Shown here one piece after another: positions 1 to 8,309 of a DNA stretch of 46,101 nt. The first letter of the stretch is position 1, and each line of letters opens with the position of its first letter. The DNA is from Polyangiaceae bacterium (GTDB lineage: Bacteria; Myxococcota_A; Polyangia; Polyangiales; Polyangiaceae): contig JBILLK010000046.1 in the NCBI GenBank assembly GCA_044376115.1, positions 1 through 46,101 of the forward strand. The letters run 5' to 3'. A program made the position numbers and the translations under genes. The notes beneath the pieces were generated by a model. It was not told the origin of the DNA. It saw only the letters and a program-made list of their open reading frames with translations, and did not search any database.

Positions 1-279
1 GTGGGCATCCACCTCGAAGGTGAGATCGACGGCGAGCGCCTCAACAAGTGGGTGTCGCAGCTGCTGCGGGAGAAGGGTACCGACATCTTCCGCATGAAGG
101 GCATCCTGAACCTCAAGGGGTCGCCCAATCGGTACGTCTTTCAGGGCGTTCACATGCTCTTCGACGCGCGCGATGATCGGCCCTGGGGCTCAGCGCCGCG
201 CGCGAGCGATCTCGTCTTCATCGGTCGAAACCTCGATCGTGAGGCGCTTACCCGAGGGTTCGAGCGATGCCTGGCGTAA
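1..279 (+). CDS. CobW/COG0523 GTP-binding metallochaperone, C-terminal part (5' truncated by window)
   Basis: CobW_C motifs DIFRMKGIL, FQGVHML, LVFIGRNLD. Confidence 0.9.
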   Translation: MGIHLEGEIDGERLNKWVSQLLREKGTDIFRMKGILNLKGSPNRYVFQGVHMLFDARDDRPWGSAPRASDLVFIGRNLDREALTRGFERCLA

Positions 280-1316
280 CGGCGGTGGAGGCGCCTCGCG
301 GAAAGACGGAGCTCGTAACCCGCTGGAGGTGCGACGCGGGCGACTACGTCGCGGCTGCCGAGATCTCGAAGGACGGCCGGCTGTGCGTGGTTGGCGTCGG
401 GGATGGTCGCGTGCTCGGTCTCGACCTCACGACCGGGCGTGAGCTCTTTCGGCAGCTCGCGCACGAGGGTGGCGTCCTCGGGGTCAGCCTCTCGCCTGAC
501 GGAACTCACTTTGCGACCTGCGGGCAGACGCCCAACGCCAAGCTCTGGCGAGCAACGGGCGAGCTCGTCCGCGAGCTGCCAGGCGGCGGTGCGCAGTGGG
601 TCGAGCACGTCGCTTGGGCCCCGGCGGGCGGGCGCATCGCGACCGGCGCCGGACGCAAGGTTCGCGTCTGGACCGCCGATGGGGAGCCCATCGTAGAGCC
701 CGAGCCGCTACCGAGCACCGTGAGCGGCGTTGCCTGGCGGAGCAACGGCAGCGCGCTCGCCGCGACCTGCTACGGCGGCGTTCATATCTGGCCGTTCGTG
801 CCCGGCGCCAAGCCCCGGCGATTCGAATGGAAGGGCTCGCTGATTTCCCTCGCGTGGAGCCCCGATGCGAAGGTCATCGCCTGTGGGAGCCAAGACAGCT
901 CGGTCCACTTCTGGCGTCTCGCCACGGGCCAGGACTCACAAATGAGCGGCTATCCCTTCAAACCCAAGTCGCTCGCGTGGGACTGCGAGTCGAAGCTCCT
1001 GGCGACCTCCGGCGATGCGACCGTCACGGTCTGGGACTTTCGCGGGAAGGGGCCCGAGGGAACGAGGCCCATCCAACTCGAGTCGCACAAGGGCGTCTGT
1101 ACGAGCCTTGCCTTCAGTCCGAAGAAGGCCGTCCTCGCCAGCGGGTCGCAGGATACATCGGTGCTGCTTTGGGAGCCTCGTCGGGGGCCGCTGCCGATCC
1201 GCTTCGCGTTCCTTGAAGACGAAGTGACCGTGTTGTCTTGGCATCCCGAGCACCATGGCTTGCTCGGCGGCGACGCGACCGGCAACCTCTGTTTCTGGGA
1301 GATCAGCGAGCGCTAG
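267..1316 (+). CDS. WD40 repeat protein
   Basis: Multiple WD40-like repeats (VAWAPAG, LAWSPDAK, VTVWD, LASGSQDTSVLLWE); overlaps the end of the CobW gene. Confidence 0.9.
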   Translation: MPGVTAVEAPRGKTELVTRWRCDAGDYVAAAEISKDGRLCVVGVGDGRVLGLDLTTGRELFRQLAHEGGVLGVSLSPDGTHFATCGQTPNAKLWRATGELVRELPGGGAQWVEHVAWAPAGGRIATGAGRKVRVWTADGEPIVEPEPLPSTVSGVAWRSNGSALAATCYGGVHIWPFVPGAKPRRFEWKGSLISLAWSPDAKVIACGSQDSSVHFWRLATGQDSQMSGYPFKPKSLAWDCESKLLATSGDATVTVWDFRGKGPEGTRPIQLESHKGVCTSLAFSPKKAVLASGSQDTSVLLWEPRRGPLPIRFAFLEDEVTVLSWHPEHHGLLGGDATGNLCFWEISER

Positions 1317-2100
1317 GTGCGAGGGTCTCGAGGTCGAAGGAGGCCCCGAGCTTGACCAGCGCCGAGGGCGCCAAGCCGAACATGGCTTTGAAGGCGGCGC
1401 TCAAATGCGCCGAGGAAGCGAAGCCAGCGCTGTAGGCGGCCTCGGTCAAGGAGCGGCCGCGCGAGAGCTCCCGCATCACGCTCGCGAACCTGCGCCAGAG
1501 TCGGTAGCGGCGGAAGGGTACGCCGGCCGTGTGCCGGAGCAGCTCGCGGCAACGGGAAGGCGAAACGCCGACCAGCCGCGCGGCGACGGCGAGGCGCTCG
1601 AAGTCGTTTGGGCGCAGGTCGATCTGCTGCAGGAGGGCGGCGATGCGCGGATCCGGCGGAGCTTTGTGCGGGAGGCCGATGCAGTTGCACAGCTCGTCCA
1701 CCGAACCGCCGCGGCGCACGGCTTCTCGAACGGCGGAGCTGCGGCGGATGAGGTCGGTGGACTCCAGCGCTGCGTGGTCGTCGCTCAGTGCATCAAGGTA
1801 GATGAAGCTCATCGGGCCGCGCACGCGCAGGTGGTGGAGCTGCCCCGGCGCAATCAGCGCGGCCTCGCGCGTCTGATAGTCGGCCTCCGTCGTGTCCCTG
1901 GTCTCGAGCAACGCGAGATCGAAAGGCTCTCCCAGCGCGATCGCGACCACCGAGACGGCGTTGCGGTGAGGGCTCAGATTGAGGCCGGGGCCAACGAAGG
2001 CGGCTCGTGCTCCGCGGACCGAGATGCGAGCAGGCGCATCGTGAAAGCCGGCGTCGTTCCTCGGATGTACGACCTGGGCATGTCTTCCATCACTCTCCAC
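1303..2100 (-). CDS. AraC family transcriptional regulator (start uncertain)
   Basis: C-terminal AraC HTH: GVPFRRYRLWRR...SLTEAAYSAGFASSAHLSAAFKAMFGLAPS. Confidence 0.85.
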   Translation of the reverse strand: MESDGRHAQVVHPRNDAGFHDAPARISVRGARAAFVGPGLNLSPHRNAVSVVAIALGEPFDLALLETRDTTEADYQTREAALIAPGQLHHLRVRGPMSFIYLDALSDDHAALESTDLIRRSSAVREAVRRGGSVDELCNCIGLPHKAPPDPRIAALLQQIDLRPNDFERLAVAARLVGVSPSRCRELLRHTAGVPFRRYRLWRRFASVMRELSRGRSLTEAAYSAGFASSAHLSAAFKAMFGLAPSALVKLGASFDLETLAPSAR

Positions 2101-2454
2101 GATGCTCCGATTCTACTCGCGCTGGCGCTGGCTCTCATTATGGGGGTGGGCGCAATCGCAGCCCCGCTCTTGGTGACGCGGCAATTCGAGATCGTATCGC
2201 TAACCGCCGCGGGCAGGAACGAGGTCCGGTCCGTCTACGGCGGCTTCGGAATCGCGATGGCGATCCTGCTCGCCGTCGCGCTCTCGAACCCGATGCTGCG
2301 CGCGGGGATCTGCCTCACGGCGGCGGCGGCGTTGGCAGGAATGGCTGGCGGCCGGCTGATCTCTGCCGGTATCGATCGCACGCTGGGCCGCTTTCCTTTC
2401 TTCTACATGTGCATCGAGGCGCTGCTAGCGGGGCTCTTGCATCATGCAGCCTGA
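2080..2454 (+). CDS. DUF4345-like small membrane protein
   Basis: GRNEVRSVYGGFG and GRLIS motifs with about 4 hydrophobic segments; divergent from the AraC gene. Confidence 0.75.
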   Translation: MSSITLHDAPILLALALALIMGVGAIAAPLLVTRQFEIVSLTAAGRNEVRSVYGGFGIAMAILLAVALSNPMLRAGICLTAAAALAGMAGGRLISAGIDRTLGRFPFFYMCIEALLAGLLHHAA

Positions 2455-2810
2455 ACACGCCACGCGGACCAGAGGACCGCCGCCAGTGGCACGAGCCCCA
2501 GCGCATCGACAATGGCGATGGTTCGCAGCGGCCCTGCAGGCATCCCCGCGCGTGCGTACAGAACCAAGAACCCGATGACGCTGATGGCTACGACGATCCC
2601 GAGCGGACGGCGGGCCGCGGGGTCGAACGCCCCGAACACGCAGCTCGCTAGCAGCGCGCAGAAGAGCACGCCACGGTGCGCGAGTATGACCGCGAGGTCA
2701 CCGGACGGCGCAACCCCGTAGATGCGCTGCATCAGCGACGGCGAAAAGGCCGTGGCTGCAGGAAACAGGTGGATTAGCCCCAGGGCCAGCCATGCGATCT
2801 TGATGAGCAT
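2442..2810 (-). CDS. small multi-TM membrane protein
   Basis: Hydrophobic ORF with IHLFPA...RIYGV...ILAHRGVLF pattern. Confidence 0.7.
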   Translation of the reverse strand: MLIKIAWLALGLIHLFPAATAFSPSLMQRIYGVAPSGDLAVILAHRGVLFCALLASCVFGAFDPAARRPLGIVVAISVIGFLVLYARAGMPAGPLRTIAIVDALGLVPLAAVLWSAWRVQAA

Positions 2811-2933
2811 CTTGTTGATGAGCTTCGCCCCGATCGTCCCGGTCCGCTTTCATGAAGCGACTGTCCGCGAGGTCCTGGGTTGAAAACCGCAGCCGTCGAA
2901 GCGCGCAGCGGGGTGCAGGATAAGTAAGGCTGT

Positions 2934-3449
2934 TTAGCGCTTCTTCGCGGCTGGCTTCTTCGCCTTTGGGAAGCGGTCGCGTGGGCGACCTTCGCGGCCG
3001 GTCGGGTCAAACGAGTGAAAGCTTTCGTGGATGTCGAGGATCGCGCGCGTCCCCACAGCCTGCTTCTCGCCGTCGTACTCGGCCACTCGCCACTCGATGT
3101 TCTCGGGGATCTTCTCCTGCAAGTCTTCAATCCCGTGGCTGGGGCTGTCGAGTAGCTGGCACACATTGAACAGTGTCTCAACCTGCATCGCGCGCACGAC
3201 GTCGGTAAGGTCGGCTGGGTCGATGCCCTTCGCCAAGAGCCGCTCGATCGCCTGCGCCACGGGGCTCTCGCGGTACCACTGCTTCTGCCAGCCGTCGTCT
3301 TCGTCGATGGCGCATTCCCATAGGCCGCGGAGCAGTAGGTAGCGCGCAACGAATGGTCCGTGCTTCTCGGACTCGGCGTACGACTTCGCGCGATCGCCAG
3401 CGCCGATCGACGTCAGGATCTCGAGGGCGCGCTTGGGTGTGATGGGCAT
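2934..3449 (-). CDS. hypothetical protein
   Basis: Protein-like composition from MPITPK; basic C-terminal tail. Confidence 0.65.
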   Translation of the reverse strand: MPITPKRALEILTSIGAGDRAKSYAESEKHGPFVARYLLLRGLWECAIDEDDGWQKQWYRESPVAQAIERLLAKGIDPADLTDVVRAMQVETLFNVCQLLDSPSHGIEDLQEKIPENIEWRVAEYDGEKQAVGTRAILDIHESFHSFDPTGREGRPRDRFPKAKKPAAKKR

Positions 3450-3471
3450 GCCCGACTGTACCAGCGGCGAG

Positions 3472-4092
3472 CTACTTCCCAACCACGCCGATGATGCTCT
3501 GTCGGAGTATCCGCTCGGAGGCCACGTTGACCGTGAACACGGCCGTCCCGCGGTCCGAAGCGGGGAGCGTGCCCTGCTTGAGCGCGGCCTCGAGGCAGGC
3601 GGTGAACGCAGGATCGCCTGCGGTGTCCCGATCGAGCCGCACCGAGCTGATCTTCCCGTTTGGTCCGATCGTCACAGAGAAGGCCAGCTCCCCCGGCTTC
3701 GCGCTGCCGCCCTGGAGCTTTGTTACGCAAGCATCGATCCCTTCCAAATCCGAGAGGTCCTGAGCGACCTTCCCGGGAGCCGCGCTGCCGACGTACGAAT
3801 CGACGCTCGAGAGCATCACCAGGCGCTCTGCCGTGGGAGCCGCGGCTGTGCTCGTCGTCGCGCTCGCAGCGGACGTCGTTGGGCTCGGCGCAGCGGACGT
3901 CGCGCTTGGCGCGGCGGACGGCCGCGGGACCGGAAGCTGGACGTCCACGGCCGACGCGACGACGGGCGCGCTGGCCTCCGGCGCTTCAGGGAGCACCTGC
4001 GAGCCGCAGGCGCTCAAGACGCCGCAGCAGCTGAAGACGCCGCAGCTGCTCAAGACCACGCGCGAGATCCGACCTCCGACGACGCTGCTCAT
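3472..4092 (-). CDS. putative lipoprotein with AgmX/PglI (TonB_C-like) C-terminal domain
   Basis: LSAC lipobox, Ala/Thr/Pro linker, then IDACV...GELAFSVTIGPNGKISSV...FTACLEAAL. Confidence 0.65.
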   Translation of the reverse strand: MSSVVGGRISRVVLSSCGVFSCCGVLSACGSQVLPEAPEASAPVVASAVDVQLPVPRPSAAPSATSAAPSPTTSAASATTSTAAAPTAERLVMLSSVDSYVGSAAPGKVAQDLSDLEGIDACVTKLQGGSAKPGELAFSVTIGPNGKISSVRLDRDTAGDPAFTACLEAALKQGTLPASDRGTAVFTVNVASERILRQSIIGVVGK

Positions 4093-4375
4093 GGGCTTCC
4101 GCTCGCACGTCGCGCGCGCGGTCGCAAGCGACGTACGCCGACCAGCCGCAACCACTGAGCGACATTGAGGGCGTCGATGGTTTATCCCTCCCGCGGATGT
4201 CGCCTGGTCCGCGCTGTAGGTTGCCGGCCAAGGGTGCTTTGCGTGCATTTTGCGGCGCGCTCGCGCTCGCGATTGCGCTCGCGGGTGCGACATTGGGCGG
4301 GTGGATACGGTATCGCGCCCGCGAATGTCGTGGGGCGGTTGATGGCGAGTGAGAAGGCGGGCGCCGATGCCATGC

Positions 4376-4441
4376 GGCCGAGCTGTTCGTCCCCGGGCGA
4401 AATCGAAACCATCGTCGGCGCAGCAAGCGTCGAGCCCAGCG
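4376..4441 (+). pseudogene. remnant of an EF-Tu paralog domain III (inverted relative to the gene at 5135-6405)
   Basis: 4376-4392 is identical to the reverse complement of 5383-5399; 4396-4441 matches the reverse complement of 5254-5299 at 42/46. Confidence 0.8.
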
Positions 4442-4657
4442 TGATGCGACAGATCGGCCGGTGTCACGGCGAGACTGGGCGCAATGTCGCGCTTGGAGGC
4501 TGGATGCGGGGGTCGAGCCCAGCGTGATGCGACACATCGGCCGGTGTCACGGCGAGACTGGGCGCAATGTCGCGCTTGGAGGCTGGATGCGGGGTGGAGG
4601 CCCAGCGGCTTGCGACACATCGCCCGGTGTCACGGCGAGACTGGGCGCAATGTCGCG
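4429..4657. repeat. 83-bp tandem repeat, ~2.75 copies
   Basis: Units start at 4429, 4512 and 4595 (gtcgagcccagcgtgatgcgaca.atcggccggtgtcacggcgagactgggcgcaatgtcgcg...); units 1 and 2 differ by 1 nt, unit 3 is more diverged. Confidence 0.9.
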
Positions 4658-4690
4658 ATTGGCCGCGCATCGAGGACGCGCGACATCGAC

Positions 4691-5019
4691 TCACAAGTCG
4701 TATCCGGCGCCCACGTACTCGATCCCCTTGCGCGCGAAGAATCGCTTGAGGAGCTGCAGTTCCTCCCGGGCGCTAGTGAGATCTTGATCGATGCGGGCAC
4801 GCTCGAAGTGCCAGGCGTTGTCTCGGTCGAGACACCGCTTTCCAAGCTCGAGTAGAGGGCTTCGGGCAAGACGAGCTCGTTCTCGGTGTACGGGCGCGAC
4901 CGGTTGATCGCGATGACGAGTGAGCCGTGCATGTACACGTCATTCTCGTCGTGGACCGAACCTACGGCCTGCACGTAAAGCTCGATCGATATCGAATCGA
5001 AGGCTGTTTCTATGCTCAT
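4691..5019 (-). pseudogene. hypothetical gene with frameshift or internal deletion
   Basis: N-terminus MSIETAFDS...EALYSSLE is in one frame; a protein-like C-terminus ...DNAWHFERARIDQDL...GIEYVGAGYDL* is in another frame. Confidence 0.45.
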
Positions 5020-5134
5020 GAGATACCACCGGTTGCGGAGCCGACGTGCCACTCCGACCTCGCCCTATGCAGCTCGCGCAGGGCCTGCACCGAATTCGAT
5101 GGAACCCGGACCAGCCCTGCGCGCTGCTTTGTAT

Positions 5135-6405
5135 CTAACCCACCGAGAGCACCGCGCCCGCGCCGACGGTCTTGCCGCCCTCACGGATGGCGAAGCGCAT
5201 GCCGGCCTCGAGCGGTACACGCCGAACGAGCTTGAAGCTCACCCGTGCATGACCGCCGGGCTCGACGCTGGCTGCGCCAACGATGGTCTCGATTTCGCCA
5301 GTGACGTCGGTGGCGCCAAAGAAGAACTGGGGCTTGTAGCCGACCCCGAAGGGCGTATGCCTTCCTCCTTCTTTGGCGGTCAGGACGAACAGCTCGGCCT
5401 CACCCTGAAGGTGAGGGTCCACGCTGCCCGGTGCCACGAGCGCCTGACCTCGCACAATCTCATCGCGACCGACTCCGCGGAGCAACAGACCGACGTTCTC
5501 GCCGGCCTTGGCCTCGGGACGATCACGATGAAAGGACTGCACGCCGGTGACAACGACGAGGCGCGGCGTCTCTTGCGAGAGCCCCACGATCTCAACGCTA
5601 CAGCCTTTGGGCAGCGAGCCGCGCACCACGCGACCAGTCACTACCGTCCCGCGCCCCTCGATCGTGAATGACTCGTGCAAGTCGATGGACCAACGGGGCC
5701 TGCGGCCGTTTGTCCGGCAGAGGGCACGAGTCATTCTGTTCACTGCATCCACCTTCGGTGGAATACATCCTCGACGGGCATGAAGAACGGCGCCAACAGA
5801 TCGCGGTTGGGTTCTGGGATTTGTTGATCGAGCGCAGCCAACAGCTCTTTGATGCACGCCGTCGCCGGGCCCTGAACGTCTCCGGTCAGGGCCTGCTCCA
5901 GCGCTCGCAGAGCCGAGCCACGCACGAACTGCACTTGGTTGAAGCCGTGTTGCGCGAGCATCTCTTCGACCTCGAGCACCACCAGCTCGACGAGCTCGGG
6001 ATCGGCGACGTCGGTCTTGTTGACGAACACCACGAGGTGCTCGACGCCCACCTGACGAGCGAGCAGCACGTGCTCTCGCGTCTGCGGACCTGCACCTTGG
6101 GAGCCGTCGACCAACAGGATCGCCCCGTCCATTTGCGACGCGCCCGTGATCATGTTCTTCACGAAGTCTGCGTGTCCCGGACAATCCACGTGTGCGTAGT
6201 GGCGCGTTTGGGACTCGTATTCGACGTGGGCGATGTTGATGGTGATGCCGCGCGATCGCTCTTCGGGCGCGCTGTCGATCTCGGCCAGCGCCTTCGCCTT
6301 CCCGCCGTACAGCTTGGCTGCGACGGTGGTGATGGCGGCGGTGAGCGTGGTCTTGCCGTGGTCCACGTGACCGATGGTGCCGACGTTGACATGGATCTTG
6401 TTCAT
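5135..6405 (-). pseudogene. tuf: divergent elongation factor Tu paralog interrupted by a 95-bp insertion (391 aa if excised)
   Basis: [63 protein letters not shown]-like GAGAGGAAG upstream of the ATG. Confidence 0.93.
5666..5764. mobile_element. 95-bp structured mini-element flanked by GAAT direct repeats, inserted in the tuf paralog
   Basis: GAAT at 5666-5669 and 5761-5764; perfect 13-bp inverted repeat gaatgactcgtgc/gcacgagtcattc; homologous to the array unit at 45782-46101. Confidence 0.85.
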
Positions 6406-6497
6406 GACGGTCTTCCTCTCAATGCGACAAAATGGTTCGCCCCCTCGCGCTGGTTTGCGGGAGGGGGCGGTCTGACGTGTCGCTCGTCGCGACGCTC

Positions 6498-6563
6498 AAA
6501 AAACGCAGCTCACCCGCCCGGCGAATCCCGGTCCATTAGCGAGAGTGAGCTTGAGCGACGCAT
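6498..6563 (-). promoter_or_regulatory. putative leader peptide (MRRSSSLSLMDRDSPGG*) with hairpin and U-tract upstream of the tuf paralog
   Basis: uORF 6563-6510; agctcac...gtgagct stem followed by TTTTTT on the minus strand (6503-6498). Confidence 0.5.
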
Positions 6564-6637
6564 GACCGCAGCAGCGACGGGCCAGGGGAGCTGGGCCTGA
6601 CGGCGATCTTCTACGCTGCGAAGTCCGACGACTTGGC

Positions 6638-7330
6638 GTGTCAGCCACCGCTTGTGCTATTCGTTGCGCGATGCCGCGTCGCTCGAACGCTGTGTGGGCC
6701 TTTCGCGTGGCCATTGGGGTGATGCCAGCGTGCCTGTGGAGCTGCGGTTCACCGGAGCCCGAGTCACCGAGTCAGGTCGTCTCCTTACCGGCGCCCGACG
6801 TTGCGCCGTCCAATTCGGCTTCGACTGAGCGGCTTACGTCGACTGGCGAATGCCGGGTCTATCGAGCCGAGTGCCCGAGCAAGCCATCGCTCAACTCCGA
6901 TCACACGCCCCAGTGTTTTCCTGAACCACCAGCCTTGGATGTGGGCCAGACGGTCGTGTTCTCGCTCGATGACTTCGGGCCCCCGTCGCTCCAAGAAGGT
7001 CTCGTCGGCAACGCTTGGTGGGCGTGGGAGGGCGGCGGATCGTTCGCGCCCACCGACACCTTCGACATTCGTGTGGTGGTGTATCAAGGTCGCTCGGCGC
7101 AAGACCTCGTGAAGGCCTACCCAACGATCGAGGGCAAGAGCGACTACAGGTTCTTGTCGCGTGAGCGGGCGCTGCAGTACCTCGACAGCGCTCTCGCGGA
7201 GCTGGCCCTCCCGGAGGACCAATCCGACCTCAAGCCGGGCGAGAAACCCTTCGACTTTCAGCCGCTCATGGCGCAGCTGCGCGCTACCCGAAGCAACATC
7301 CTGAGCTGCCTCCCGGCCGGCTTCCGTTGA
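6638..7330 (+). CDS. hypothetical lipoprotein (start uncertain)
   Basis: LWSC lipobox-like motif followed by a globular region. Confidence 0.6.
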   Translation: MSATACAIRCAMPRRSNAVWAFRVAIGVMPACLWSCGSPEPESPSQVVSLPAPDVAPSNSASTERLTSTGECRVYRAECPSKPSLNSDHTPQCFPEPPALDVGQTVVFSLDDFGPPSLQEGLVGNAWWAWEGGGSFAPTDTFDIRVVVYQGRSAQDLVKAYPTIEGKSDYRFLSRERALQYLDSALAELALPEDQSDLKPGEKPFDFQPLMAQLRATRSNILSCLPAGFR

Positions 7331-7485
7331 ACGAACGGCTGAACGTGCAGTTCGAATCGTTCAAGGCAGCTTGAGGTCCGTTCGCTCTGAGAACAGCCAG
7401 CGGTTCGTCGAGGACCGTATGAAAGACTGAGCAGGCCCGTTCATCGCGTGCGGTGTTTGCACCGGGGGTGCATGATGGCGTCCAC

Positions 7486-8289
7486 ATGAAATTCCAGCAG
7501 GTATTCTTGCGCTCTCTGGTTTCCATCGTCTCGCTCGGCTTGGGCATGGGCTGTGGAGACGATTCGAGCGGCTCGGGCGCCGGCACTTCGGCGGGGGGAG
7601 CCGGGGGCGCGACGAGCACCACCGGAGGCGGCGGTGACGGCGGCATGGGTGGTGACGGCGGCGTGGGTGGTAACGGCGGCGCGGGTGGTGACGGCGGCGT
7701 GGGTGGTGACGGCGGCGCGGGTGGTGATGGCGGCATGGGTGGTGACGGCGGCATGGGTGGTGCCGGCGGTATGGGTGGCGCCGCTCCGTCGGCGTTCCTC
7801 GACATAAGCTTCGACGACGCTGCCGTGCCGTACCAGCTCGCAGGGTTTGGCGGCGCCAATGATGCAACCATCGTCGTCGATCCGAGCGATTCGACCAACA
7901 TGGTCGCTAAGGTCGTCAAGTCCTCCATCGCTGAGCTTTGGGCCGGCGTCACCGTCGCGATCCTGCCCGACTACTCAGTTCCCGCGCTGCCGTTAAGCGC
8001 GGCGGCGACGAAGATGTCGGTGCGCGTGTGGTCGCCGGACGCGGGCATCCCGGTCCGCCTCAAGGTTGAAGACGCCTTGGACCCCACCCACTCTTGCGAG
8101 ACGGAAGCCACGACCACCGTGGGTTCAACCTGGGAGACCTTGGAGTTCGACTTCTCCAACGAGTCCCCGGGCACCGCCCCTCTGAACCTGAGCTACACCT
8201 TCTCCCGCGTGTCGATCTACTTCAACTACGGCGTGACTGGATCGATGGCCGGTACCAAGACGTACTACTTCGACAACGTGAAGTTCTGA
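7486..8289 (+). CDS. secreted/lipoprotein with Gly-rich linker and carbohydrate-binding-like beta domain
   Basis: Signal ending GMGC, GGDGG repeats, then ...ELWAGVT...VWSPDAGIPVRLKVED...WETLEFDF...YYFDNVKF. Confidence 0.7.
   Translation: MKFQQVFLRSLVSIVSLGLGMGCGDDSSGSGAGTSAGGAGGATSTTGGGGDGGMGGDGGVGGNGGAGGDGGVGGDGGAGGDGGMGGDGGMGGAGGMGGAAPSAFLDISFDDAAVPYQLAGFGGANDATIVVDPSDSTNMVAKVVKSSIAELWAGVTVAILPDYSVPALPLSAAATKMSVRVWSPDAGIPVRLKVEDALDPTHSCETEATTTVGSTWETLEFDFSNESPGTAPLNLSYTFSRVSIYFNYGVTGSMAGTKTYYFDNVKF
7628..7780 (+). repeat. 18-bp coding tandem repeat encoding GGDGGx
   Basis: ggtggtgacggcggc(atg/gtg/gcg) units within the CDS. Confidence 0.8.
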
Positions 8290-8309
8290 TTGCGCTGACC
8301 TGACGGCGC

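Noticed and set aside
1255..2079. Long overlapping ORFs such as 1255-2454, 26908-28710, 36572-38113, 5668-6600 and 44445-45740
   Set aside because: These are antisense or shadow frames typical of high-GC DNA; only the parts with family motifs were retained.
5666..5764. Hammerhead or other known ribozyme, group I/II intron, or simple sequencing frameshift
   Set aside because: No CUGANGA/GAAA core was found on either strand and it is far too short for group I/II. The lesion is a discrete 95-bp insert with a homologue elsewhere, not a 1-nt error.
7628..7780. GGDGG tandem repeat as a functional array
   Set aside because: An ordinary Gly-rich linker within a secreted protein.
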